A stretch of 25,392 bases of DNA, from the NCBI GenBank assembly GCA_035764505.1, contig DASTZC010000038.1:1-25392 (forward strand). Reading direction: 5' to 3'. The stretch's first letter is position 1, and every line of letters begins with the position of its first letter. Shown piece by piece: positions 7,795 to 15,900 of this stretch. The DNA comes from Candidatus Polarisedimenticolia bacterium. Lineage in GTDB: Bacteria; Acidobacteriota; Polarisedimenticolia; Gp22-AA2; AA152. The position numbers and the translations under genes were made by a program. The notes under the pieces were generated by a model that was not told where the DNA came from, made no database searches, and saw only the letters and a list, made by a program, of their open reading frames with translations.

Positions 7795-9092
7795 CCTCGG
7801 ACCTCCGGGATGCCGGCGGCGCGTGCCGCCCGGGAGCGCCAGAAATAATAAACGGGAACCCCCAGGAGAATGACCAGCGAGCCCATCAGCGCGTTGCGCG
7901 GGTCGGCTACGAAGGTGTTCAGGACGATCCCGGTCCCCGCGGCGATGAACAGGATCGGGGTCACGGGATAGAAGGGAGTCGGGAACGGACGCGGCGCGCC
8001 GGCACGGCTGCGGCGGAAGACCAGCAGCGCCACGCCGGCGAGCGCGAAGAAAATCCAGTCGGCGAAGACGGTGAAGCCCAGGAGCCGATCGTAGGTGTTG
8101 GTCAGGGCGAAGACGGCCGCCAGGGCTCCTTGGAGCAGGATGGCATAGGTGGGCGCCTTGAAGCGCGGGCTCACGCGCGCCAGCTGGCGGAAGAAGACGC
8201 CGTCGGCGGCCATGGCGTAATAGACGCGCGGCGCCGCGAGCAGCGACAGGTTCATGAAGCCGAAGGTGGAGACGACGATCAGCAGGCTCATCGCCTTGAC
8301 TCCTGCTTCCCCGGCCAGCCGCCCCGCTACCTCCGCCGCCGGCGTGCGGGTGGCCGCCAGCGCCGGCGCCCCCAGGACGTGCAGGTAGGCGACATTTGCT
8401 CCCACGTAGACCACGATGACGCACAGCACGCCGACCAGGATGGCGCGCGGCAGGTTGCGAAGGGGCTCTTTAACCTCCTCCGCCACGTAGTTCAGGTTCT
8501 GCCAGCCGCCGTAGGCGAACATCGCCGGCACCAATCCGGCGAAGAGCGCCGAAATCAGAGCGAATCCCCTCAGCCCCTCCGGCGCGACGGGCGACAGCGA
8601 GATTCCCGAAGCCCGGGTGAGAGCGAAGGCGCCGACAATCAGCGCGGCGAGGGCCAGGGTTTTCCCGAAGGTGATCACGTTGATCAGGATCGCCCCCGGC
8701 TTGATGCCGAGCGCATGGAAGCCGGCGACTCCCAGGAGGATCGCGACTGCGAGCGGCACGACCGCGGCGCGTCCGAATCCCGCCAGGCGGGCCACGTACT
8801 CCGAGAAGGCGACCGCCACCGCCGCCGTGGCGCCGGATTGGATGATGAACAGGAGCGACCAGCCGTGCAGGAACGCGACAAGTGGATGGAACGCCTCGCG
8901 GAAGAAAGCATACTGGCCTCCCACTCTGGGAAGCACGGTGCTCAGCTCGGCGAAGACGAAGGCCCCGGCGAGCGCAATCAGCCCCCCGGCGATCCAGACC
9001 AGCAAGATGAGCAGTGAAGTTCCGACCTTCTGCGCCACGACGTAGGAGTTCACGAAGATGCCCGAGCCGATGATGCCGCTCAGGACGATCAT
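7791..9092 (-). CDS. APC-superfamily amino acid permease. The true start is probably upstream, up to 9155.
   Basis: The 433-aa product opens directly on the transmembrane-helix-1 motif MIVLSGIIGSGIF. About 12 transmembrane helices, a GGQYAFFREAF loop and the overall layout are typical of APC transporters. The reading frame stays open upstream (TSTRSPPPPEGGSLDPSPTTESPFARSLTLFDAT) until a TAA. A strong SD (GGAAGGAGGA, plus 9159-9168) sits 4 nt before an in-frame CTG at 9153-9155. See findings. Confidence 0.8.
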   Translation of the reverse strand: MIVLSGIIGSGIFVNSYVVAQKVGTSLLILLVWIAGGLIALAGAFVFAELSTVLPRVGGQYAFFREAFHPLVAFLHGWSLLFIIQSGATAAVAVAFSEYVARLAGFGRAAVVPLAVAILLGVAGFHALGIKPGAILINVITFGKTLALAALIVGAFALTRASGISLSPVAPEGLRGFALISALFAGLVPAMFAYGGWQNLNYVAEEVKEPLRNLPRAILVGVLCVIVVYVGANVAYLHVLGAPALAATRTPAAEVAGRLAGEAGVKAMSLLIVVSTFGFMNLSLLAAPRVYYAMAADGVFFRQLARVSPRFKAPTYAILLQGALAAVFALTNTYDRLLGFTVFADWIFFALAGVALLVFRRSRAGAPRPFPTPFYPVTPILFIAAGTGIVLNTFVADPRNALMGSLVILLGVPVYYFWRSRAARAAGIPEVRG

Positions 9093-9262
9093 GGTGGCAT
9101 CAAACAGAGTGAGGCTGCGCGCGAAAGGACTTTCGGTAGTGGGGGATGGATCCAGAGATCCTCCTTCCGGCGGCGGAGGCGAACGGGTGGAAGTTTAGCA
9201 GCCGGGCGGGTTAACCGCTACACTCGAGGTGCGCATCGGACCGACGTGCTGATGAGGCACCC

Positions 9263-9301
9263 TTGACCCGACGGGCGCGGGAGAGCGCGCCCGCGGGTCA
9301 A
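9263..9301. promoter_or_regulatory. 39-bp GC-rich imperfect palindrome in a divergent intergenic region; candidate operator or RNA hairpin.
   Basis: The sequence is TTGACCCGACGGGCGCG-GGAGAG-CGCGCCCGCGGGTCAA. The arms are 16-17 nt and reverse-complementary, with one bulged base. Confidence 0.4.
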
Positions 9302-9312
9302 CGTCGCGGATA

Positions 9313-9348
9313 AAGCCTGTCGGGCGGCACCAACACGCCCGCAGGCTT
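9313..9348. promoter_or_regulatory. Second GC-rich imperfect hairpin/palindrome, adjacent to the first.
   Basis: The sequence is AAGCCTGTCGGGCG-gcaccaaca-CGCCCGCAGGCTT. The arms are reverse-complementary apart from a one-nt bulge. Confidence 0.35.
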
Positions 9349-9389
9349 ATGTATTACCATGATCTCGACGAGGAAGGACGCCATCGGTA

Positions 9390-9779
9390 ATGGATCTCTC
9401 TCCCAGAGCCCTTTCCACAGGCATTCGTGTAAGCGAAAGCGAGCTTGCCTGGCGGTCCGAGGATCTCCAGTCCGTGATCGACGAGCTCATTGCAAGCGTT
9501 CAGGCCATCCTGGGTGGCGAAGTTCTCTTGCTGAGTGGGGGCGAAATCTGGGGGACCGTTCCGCAGCCATCGGGACCTCCCGGTGTGTATGCTTGGGAAG
9601 TCAAACCCAGATCGAGCGGAGAATCCTGGCAAAAGTTCGTTAGCCGTTCCGCGTTGGAAGCCAGTCAGGCGGCAAAGCGATTCTCGACGGAGATTCGAGA
9701 ATTGCCTTCACTTCCACCGGACTCAGAGGTTGTCTTCTGTCTGACCTGGGCTCGAGAAGAGGAGTATCAAGCTGTCTGA
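9390..9779 (+). CDS. Hypothetical protein from a low-GC orphan ORF.
   Basis: The 129-aa ORF has an ATG at 9390 and GGAAGGA 11 nt upstream. Its GC content is visibly lower than that of its neighbours. Codon usage is atypical, with AAA, AGT, TGT, TTC and A/T-ending codons. Its stop lies 4 nt before the ParB-like gene. I recognise no domain. Confidence 0.45.
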   Translation: MDLSPRALSTGIRVSESELAWRSEDLQSVIDELIASVQAILGGEVLLLSGGEIWGTVPQPSGPPGVYAWEVKPRSSGESWQKFVSRSALEASQAAKRFSTEIRELPSLPPDSEVVFCLTWAREEEYQAV

Positions 9780-9782
9780 ACG

Positions 9783-10718
9783 ATGTCCGAGGAATCTGAC
9801 ATGGGGGCGCTGACGGTCTTTCCGGAGCGCGAGAGTCCCCCGCGCGAGATCCTCAAGCTCGCCGAGGAGATCGAGGAGGACGGAGGGGCGGCGCTGGCGG
9901 CCTATCGCGAGCCGGTGGGGAAGAACTGGCAGATCTTCGCCATTCTGCCGCTGGCACGGGTCAAGCCGACGCCATACCAGCGCGACATCTCCAAAGCTCA
10001 TCTCGAGCGTCTCAAAAAGGCGATCGGCAGGCTGGATCGCTTCGTCGATCCGGTGGTGGTGGTGCGCGGGGGCGACGGGACCTATTGGACTCCCAACGGC
10101 AGCCATCGGCGAAGCGTGCTGGAGAAGCTGAAGGCGGCGACGATCCCGGCTATCGTCCTGGCGGAGCCCAAAGTGGCCTTCCAGATCCTGGCGCTGAATA
10201 CCGAGAAGGCGCACAACCTCAAGGAGAAATCGCTGGAAGTGATCCGCATGTATCGCGGGCTGCTGGAGGAGGAGCCGCGGCGGCACGAGGATTCTTTCGC
10301 CTTCCAGTTCGAGGAGCCCTACTTCGCGACTCTGGGGCTGCTCTACGAGGCACATCCCCGCTTCGCAGGCGGTGCCTTCGGATCGATCCTGCGGCGCGTC
10401 GACCGCTTCCAGAAAGAACCCCTGAAGGCGGCCTATAAGGAGCGTGAGCGGCGCGCGGCGCTGGTGGAGAAGGCCAGCGGGATCCTCGACAAGAAAGTGG
10501 AGAAGGTGAAGCGCCGCGGCATCCGCCATCCCTTCGTCAAGAATTTCGTCCTGGCGCGCTGCAACCCGCTGACCCGCGCCCGCAAGACGCTCCCTTCTTT
10601 CGACACCGCGCTCAAGCGCCTGATTCAGAATCTCGAGAGCTTTGACGCCGACGCCGTGCGCTACGACGAGGTGGCGCGCGCCGGGGTCTTCGCCGCCGCG
10701 GCGGCCGCACCGTCCTGA
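9783..10718 (+). CDS. ParB-like nuclease (ParB/Srx fold) N-terminal-domain protein.
   Basis: The product is 311 aa. PYQRDISKAHLERLKKAI...VDPVVVVRGGDGTYWTPNGSHRRSVLEKLKAATIPAIVL follows the ParB N-terminal-domain pattern (Y-Q-R..., hydrophobic beta strand, G-x-H/E-R-R, ...IP..V). The C-terminal ~180 aa have no recognised domain. An alternative start is the ATG at 9801, which has GAGGAA 6 nt upstream. Confidence 0.6.
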   Translation: MSEESDMGALTVFPERESPPREILKLAEEIEEDGGAALAAYREPVGKNWQIFAILPLARVKPTPYQRDISKAHLERLKKAIGRLDRFVDPVVVVRGGDGTYWTPNGSHRRSVLEKLKAATIPAIVLAEPKVAFQILALNTEKAHNLKEKSLEVIRMYRGLLEEEPRRHEDSFAFQFEEPYFATLGLLYEAHPRFAGGAFGSILRRVDRFQKEPLKAAYKERERRAALVEKASGILDKKVEKVKRRGIRHPFVKNFVLARCNPLTRARKTLPSFDTALKRLIQNLESFDADAVRYDEVARAGVFAAAAAAPS

Positions 10719-10756
10719 TTCCCGGCGCCGCCGCGTCCGGCATCCGAAGGAGAACC

Positions 10757-11179
10757 GTGAAATACCGCCAGCCCGGCTATCACGACAACGATTACAAAGA
10801 AGAGCGGCAGAAGCGCGAGAAGCGTGGACCGCGCGGGCCGCGCGAGATCACGACCCGTGAAGCCACCGCAGTGGTGCGCTGCTTCAACTGCGGCCATCAG
10901 ACCTCGCCGTCGGAGCCGATCGCATTCGACTCGACCTGCGCAAAATGCGGCGAGGACCTGCACATCTGCCGAAACTGCCAGCATTTCAATCCGCTGGCAC
11001 GCTGGGAGTGCCGCCAGACGCTGCCCGCGCCGGTACGCTCGAAGAACAGCCGCAACTCCTGCGAGCTGTTCACCCCGCAAACCGTCCTGGATGCCACCGG
11101 CAAGCGCGCATCGACTCCCGGAGGCGGCGGTCCCGCCGATCCCAGGGCGGCCTTCGAAGCGCTTTTCAAGAAGAAATAG
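10757..11179 (+). CDS. Cys-rich zinc-ribbon protein with a basic N-terminus.
   Basis: The 140-aa ORF has a GTG start at 10757, preceded by GAAGGAGAA. It carries four CxxC-type pairs: CFNC, CAKC, CRNC and CRQT (...C). The N-terminus is K/R/E-rich (YKEERQKREKRGPRGPRE). Confidence 0.55.
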   Translation: MKYRQPGYHDNDYKEERQKREKRGPRGPREITTREATAVVRCFNCGHQTSPSEPIAFDSTCAKCGEDLHICRNCQHFNPLARWECRQTLPAPVRSKNSRNSCELFTPQTVLDATGKRASTPGGGGPADPRAAFEALFKKK

Positions 11180-11211
11180 GCGAGAGCAGGAAGGGCTGAT
11201 TCTCGAGCAGG

Positions 11212-11472
11212 CTAGTCCTGGCCGGCGGAGGCTTCCTTCACCTGCTGGATGTGGGCGTCGGTCCGCTTCCCCGTCTCCTTGAGTCCCGGGAGATTGCCGG
11301 AGCGCACCGCATCGCCGGCGGCCTTGTCGCCATGGTCCGACACGATCGGGGCACCGGGCTTGAGCGCCTGGGCGGCGGCCGGGAAGGCGGCCTTCCAGGC
11401 CTTTGCCGCCAGCAGCAGGACGATGACCAGCGCGGCCAGCGTGAGAAGCGTTCCGAGAGGTCCCTTGCGCAT
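11212..11472 (-). CDS. Small hypothetical membrane-anchored protein.
   Basis: The ATG at 11472 gives MRKGPLGTLLTLAALVIVLLLAAKAW..., one transmembrane helix followed by a charged tail, with a weak SD. The six-frame ORF extends to a TTG at 11511. Support is low. Confidence 0.3.
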   Translation of the reverse strand: MRKGPLGTLLTLAALVIVLLLAAKAWKAAFPAAAQALKPGAPIVSDHGDKAAGDAVRSGNLPGLKETGKRTDAHIQQVKEASAGQD

Positions 11473-11566
11473 GCTTGAAATGTAGGTTCCCGCCGGGGCC
11501 GGATCAAGCAAGATACGCCCGCCCGGGCTGTGCTACTCTTGGCGCGCCTCAGCGTCGAGGGCCTAT

Positions 11567-12925
11567 TTGGCAACCGCGTCCCATCCGCCCGGATTCGTAA
11601 CTACCCATGCGCAGCCTCCCGCCGGAAAGAAAGGGGGGCGGCCGCTCCACACCAAAATCTTCTACGGCATGGCGGCGGGGACCGCTGCCGGAATCGCCGC
11701 CAATCTCCTTTGGGGCGACTCTCCGGCGCTGCAGAGCTTCATCACCAACGTCAGCTATCCCCTCGGACAGATCTTCCTGCGTCTCATCTTCATGGTGGTG
11801 ATCCCGCTGGTGGTCAGCGCCCTGATCGTCGGCGTGGCGGAGCTGGGGGACCTGAGGCGGCTCGGCCGCGTCGGGCTGAAGACGCTGGGCTTCACGATCG
11901 TGCTCAGCGCCATCTCGGTCCTGATCGGGGTGGCTCTGGCCAACCTCATCCGGCCGGGGGAGGGGCTTTCGGAAGAGTCACGCGCCGGGTTGTTGGAAGT
12001 CGTGGGAAAGCAGCCATCCGATCTGGGGAAGCCGCCCGAAGCCAAGAAAGGCCTGCAGATCCTTCTCGACCTGATTCCCCAGAATCCGGTGGAGGCGATG
12101 GTCAACGCCTTCCGGGGAGACATCCTGGCGGTCATGGTTTTCGCGCTGTTCCTGGGCGTCGCCTTGACGCGGGTCGAGAAGAAGCTGGCCGACCCGCTGC
12201 TGACCTGGCTGCAGGCGCTGTTCGAACTCTCGATGCAGGTGATCGGGATGGCCATGAGCCTGGCTCCCTACGGCGTCGCCGCGCTGCTGTTCACGCTGAT
12301 GGCGCGCTCGGGACTGGACGTGCTCCTGCGCCTGGCGGCCTACGTCGTGACCGTCCTGCTGGGTCTCGCGATCCACCAGTTCATCACCTACTCGCTGATG
12401 CTGCGCTTCATGGCGGGAACCTCGCCCCTGTTCTTCTTTTCGCGCATCCGCGAGGTGATGCTCACGGCGTTTTCGACTTCCTCGAGCAATGCCACGCTTC
12501 CCACCTCGCTGCGCGTGGCGGAGCAGGAGCTGGGGGTGCCGCGCCAGATCGGCGGCTTCGTCCTGACGCTGGGCTCCACCCTCAACCAGAACGGGACGGC
12601 GCTGTACGAGGGGATCACGGTCCTCTTCCTGGCGCAGTTCTACGGCGTCCACCTCACGCTGGCGTCGCAGGTCACGGTGGTTCTGCTCTCCATTCTGGCG
12701 GGCGTCGGCACCGCCGGTGTTCCCGGCGGCTCGCTGCCGCTGGTGATGGCGCTGCTGGCCACCGTCGGGGTTCCGGCAGAGGGGATCGGGATCATCCTCG
12801 GGGTGGACCGGATCCTGGACATGTGCCGGACCGTACTGAACGTCTCGGGAGATCTGGTGGCCGCCGTCTTCGTGGCCCGCAGCGAGGGAAAAACGCTCGA
12901 GATTCACACCGGATCGGCCCGCTAA
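11567..12925 (+). CDS. Dicarboxylate/amino acid:cation symporter (DAACS family; GltP/DctA-like).
   Basis: The product is 452 aa. LHTKIFYGMAAGTAAGIAANLL is the typical transmembrane-helix-1 start of DAACS proteins. Family-typical blocks are present, including TLPTSLRVAEQELGVP (the serine-rich HP1 region), TLNQNGTALYEGITVLF and VSGDLVAAVFVA. The start is a TTG at 11567 with GAGGG 5 nt upstream. The alternative ATG at 11666 lacks an SD. Confidence 0.85.
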   Translation: MATASHPPGFVTTHAQPPAGKKGGRPLHTKIFYGMAAGTAAGIAANLLWGDSPALQSFITNVSYPLGQIFLRLIFMVVIPLVVSALIVGVAELGDLRRLGRVGLKTLGFTIVLSAISVLIGVALANLIRPGEGLSEESRAGLLEVVGKQPSDLGKPPEAKKGLQILLDLIPQNPVEAMVNAFRGDILAVMVFALFLGVALTRVEKKLADPLLTWLQALFELSMQVIGMAMSLAPYGVAALLFTLMARSGLDVLLRLAAYVVTVLLGLAIHQFITYSLMLRFMAGTSPLFFFSRIREVMLTAFSTSSSNATLPTSLRVAEQELGVPRQIGGFVLTLGSTLNQNGTALYEGITVLFLAQFYGVHLTLASQVTVVLLSILAGVGTAGVPGGSLPLVMALLATVGVPAEGIGIILGVDRILDMCRTVLNVSGDLVAAVFVARSEGKTLEIHTGSAR

Positions 12926-12947
12926 GCCCTCCATTCCCTGTGCTAGG

Positions 12948-15900
12948 ATGCGTCCCGTCATGTCGCGATCCCGCATTATTCTCGTCGCTGTCCTGGCCCT
13001 CGGCGCCGCCTACCTCGCCGCTTCTTTCCGCCACTTCGAGGAAAAGCCCTGCTTTCGGGTGGTCGACGCGCCGCTTCTGGGCTCTGCTTCCCGCCTGGTC
13101 CAGCCGGGCTGGCGCTTCGTGCCGCGCTTCCTGGGGCGTGTCAGTGAATACCCCACCGGCGAGGTGAAGCTGCGGGACGACCTGACGGGAGCCGCGGCGG
13201 CGCGCAGCCGCGAGGGGGCCAAGGTCGACGTCGAGGCGGAGCTGACCTACTCGATCCCGCCCGAGGGAGTGCTCGCGCTGCACCGGGAGCACGGTCCCCG
13301 CTTCGAGACGGAATGGCTTTCCGAGAAGCTGCGCTCGCGCACGGCGGAGCGCATCGCGTCGGTCTCCTACGATCTGGTGCGCAACCGCGACCCGGAGCTG
13401 GCCAGCGGCGTCCGGGGCGCCCTCAAAGCGGATGTGGAGTCCTCGGGCATCCGGCTCGGCGCGCTGCGGATCTTCGAAGTGGCCGCGGTCGGGGAAGCCT
13501 CCGGGGAGATCCTGAAGGTCCCTGCGCAGCCGCTGGCGAAGAAGGTGGTGCTCGTCGGTCTGGACTCCTTCGACTGGCGCATCGCCGATCCCCTGCTCAG
13601 GCAGGGGAAGATGCCGAACCTCGCGGCGCTCATCGCCCGCGGCACGCGCGCCAATCTGCGCACCTTGAGGCCCATCCTCTCGCCGGTCATCTGGACCAGC
13701 ATCGCCACCGGCGTGAAGCCGTCGCGCCACGGCATCGTCGATTTCGTCGTGACTTCGCGCGACACCGGGGCCCTCGTGCCGGTCACCAGCGCCATGCGCC
13801 AGGTGCCGGCGCTCTGGACGTTGCTGAGCCGCCAGGGGCTGGAGGTCAGCGTGGTCGCCTGGTGGGCCACCTGGCCCGCGGAGACGGTGCGCGGCAGCGT
13901 CGTCACCGACCGCGTCGCCTTTCAGCTCTTCGAAGACTCGATCAAGCAGGACTGGCGCAGCACCGATCCGGAGAAGAACAAGGGGAAGACCTACCCGCCG
14001 GAGCTGTTCGACGCGGTGCGCGACAAGATCCGGGTGCCGGCCGAGGTCACCGATGAGCAGGTGGCCTGGTTCCTGCCGGGGGGCCGCTTCCCGGCGAATC
14101 TGACGGCGCCGCAGGCCGATCTCCTGAACCGCTTCCGCACCGTCATCGCCGCCGGAGAGACCTACCATGCGGTCGCCCTGGATCGGCTGCGCCGTCAGGA
14201 CGCTGCCCTGCGGATGTTCTACTACGAGGGGCCCGACACCACCTCGCACCTCTTCATGAAGTACCGGCCGCCGCTGCTGGCAGGGACTTCGCGCCAGGAG
14301 ATGGAGCTGTTCGGCGGAATCATCGATCGCTACTACGAGCGCCAGGACCGCTTCCTTGGCGAGATTGTGGAGGCGGCCGGCAGCGACTGCGATTTCCTGG
14401 TGGTCTCCGACCATGGCTTCAAGTCGGACAACAACCGTCCGCCGAATTCCGATTCGACCATCGAGGCGGGGAAGGCGGCCGACTGGCACACGCCGGTCGG
14501 GGTGTTCGTCGCCGCCGGTCCGGACTTCAAGGCAGCCTCCGAGCTGGGCGCCGCCTCCGTCCTGGACGTGGCGCCGACGGTGCTGACCCTGTTCGGGATG
14601 CCGGTGGCGCGCGACATGGACGGACAGCCACTCTCGGAGGCCTTCAAAGCGGACTTCCTCACCGCCCATCCGGTGGCCTGGATCGACTCCTACGGCGGTG
14701 TGCGCCAGCAGGAGGCGGAATCGGCGGCGGTCGCCTCGGCGGGCGATGCCGCGATGATCGAGAAGCTGCGCTCGCTCGGCTACATCGGCGAGGAGCGCCT
14801 GACGGCGACCAACAACCGCGGCATCCTGGCGCTGGAAGACGGCGACGTCGACTCCGCGATCGGCAGCTTCGAGAAAGCGCTGGGCTCCGGTGGGGAGATC
14901 GAGGAGATGGCGCTGACCAACCTGGCGCGCGCCTGGCTGGTGCGCGGCGACCTGGTCAAGGCCCGGGAATATGCCGAGAAGGCGATCGCCACGGGATCCG
15001 GCAACAAGGTCGCAATGACCATCCTTTCCGGTATCCAGGTCAAGGAGGGGGACACGGCGGGCGCCGAGAAGAGCCTGCGCGCGGCGCTGGACATCGATCC
15101 GACCCTCGTCCTGGCCCATTCCAAGCTCGGCGAGCTGTACCAGAAGCAGGGAAACCTGGACGCCGCGCTGGCGGAGTTCCACAAGGTGATCGACATTGCC
15201 CCGCTCAGCCCCATCGAGTTCAACAACATCGGCAACATCCATCGCAAGCGCGGCGAGCTGGACCAGGCGATGGAGGCTTACCGTGATGCGCTGCGCTGCG
15301 ATGCCCAGTACATCGGCGCCTACAACAATCTGGGGCTCTGCCTGCAGGAGAAAGGGAAGCTGGACGAGGCGGAGGCGCTGTACTCCAAGGCGCTGGCGAT
15401 CCGCCCCGAGAACCCGATCCTGCGCAACAGCCTGGGCACGCTGCGCGCTCTCAAGGGGGACAAGGAAGGGGCGATTGCCGAATTCGACCGGGCGACGAAG
15501 GCCGATCCCGACTGGCCGGTGGCGCAGGGAAACCTTGCCACGCTCCTGTTCGAGACCGGCAAGCTGGATCAGGCCCGCCCCGCGTTCGAGCGCTGGGCCA
15601 AAGCCGAGCCGAAATCGACCGAGCCGGTCCTCGGGCTGGGTCTGCTCAGCCTGATGCAGAAGCGCCGTGAGGAGGCGGTCGGCTACTTCCAGCAGGCGCT
15701 TTCCCTGGACCCCGGCAGCTTCCGGGCCCACGTGGCCCTGGGAGAGATTCTCCTGAAGGAAGGAAAGCTGGACCAGGCGCAATCTCACCTGGAGAGCGCC
15801 GCCCGCATCGAGCCCGACAGCGCGCGCGTCTACGGCTCGCTGGGAAGGATCTACATGCAGCGTGGCCGCAAGCAGGAGGCCGTTCAGGCCTTCCGCCACT

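Noticed and set aside
6721-8424. The full 567-aa six-frame ORF for the aminotransferase.
   Set aside because: The N-terminal 210 codons overlap the permease gene and translate to R/G/P-rich junk. The protein-like sequence begins at the ATG at 7794, which forms an ATGA coupling with the permease stop.
7758-9017. A 419-aa plus-strand ORF opposite the APC permease.
   Set aside because: It is an antisense shadow ORF with an extremely charged, low-complexity product (D/E/R/G/Q runs).
12792-15899. A 1035-aa ORF on the minus strand opposite the SPFH-AlkP-TPR gene.
   Set aside because: It is an antisense shadow ORF with low-complexity R/G/A/L-rich translation. The plus-strand frame has clear domain motifs.
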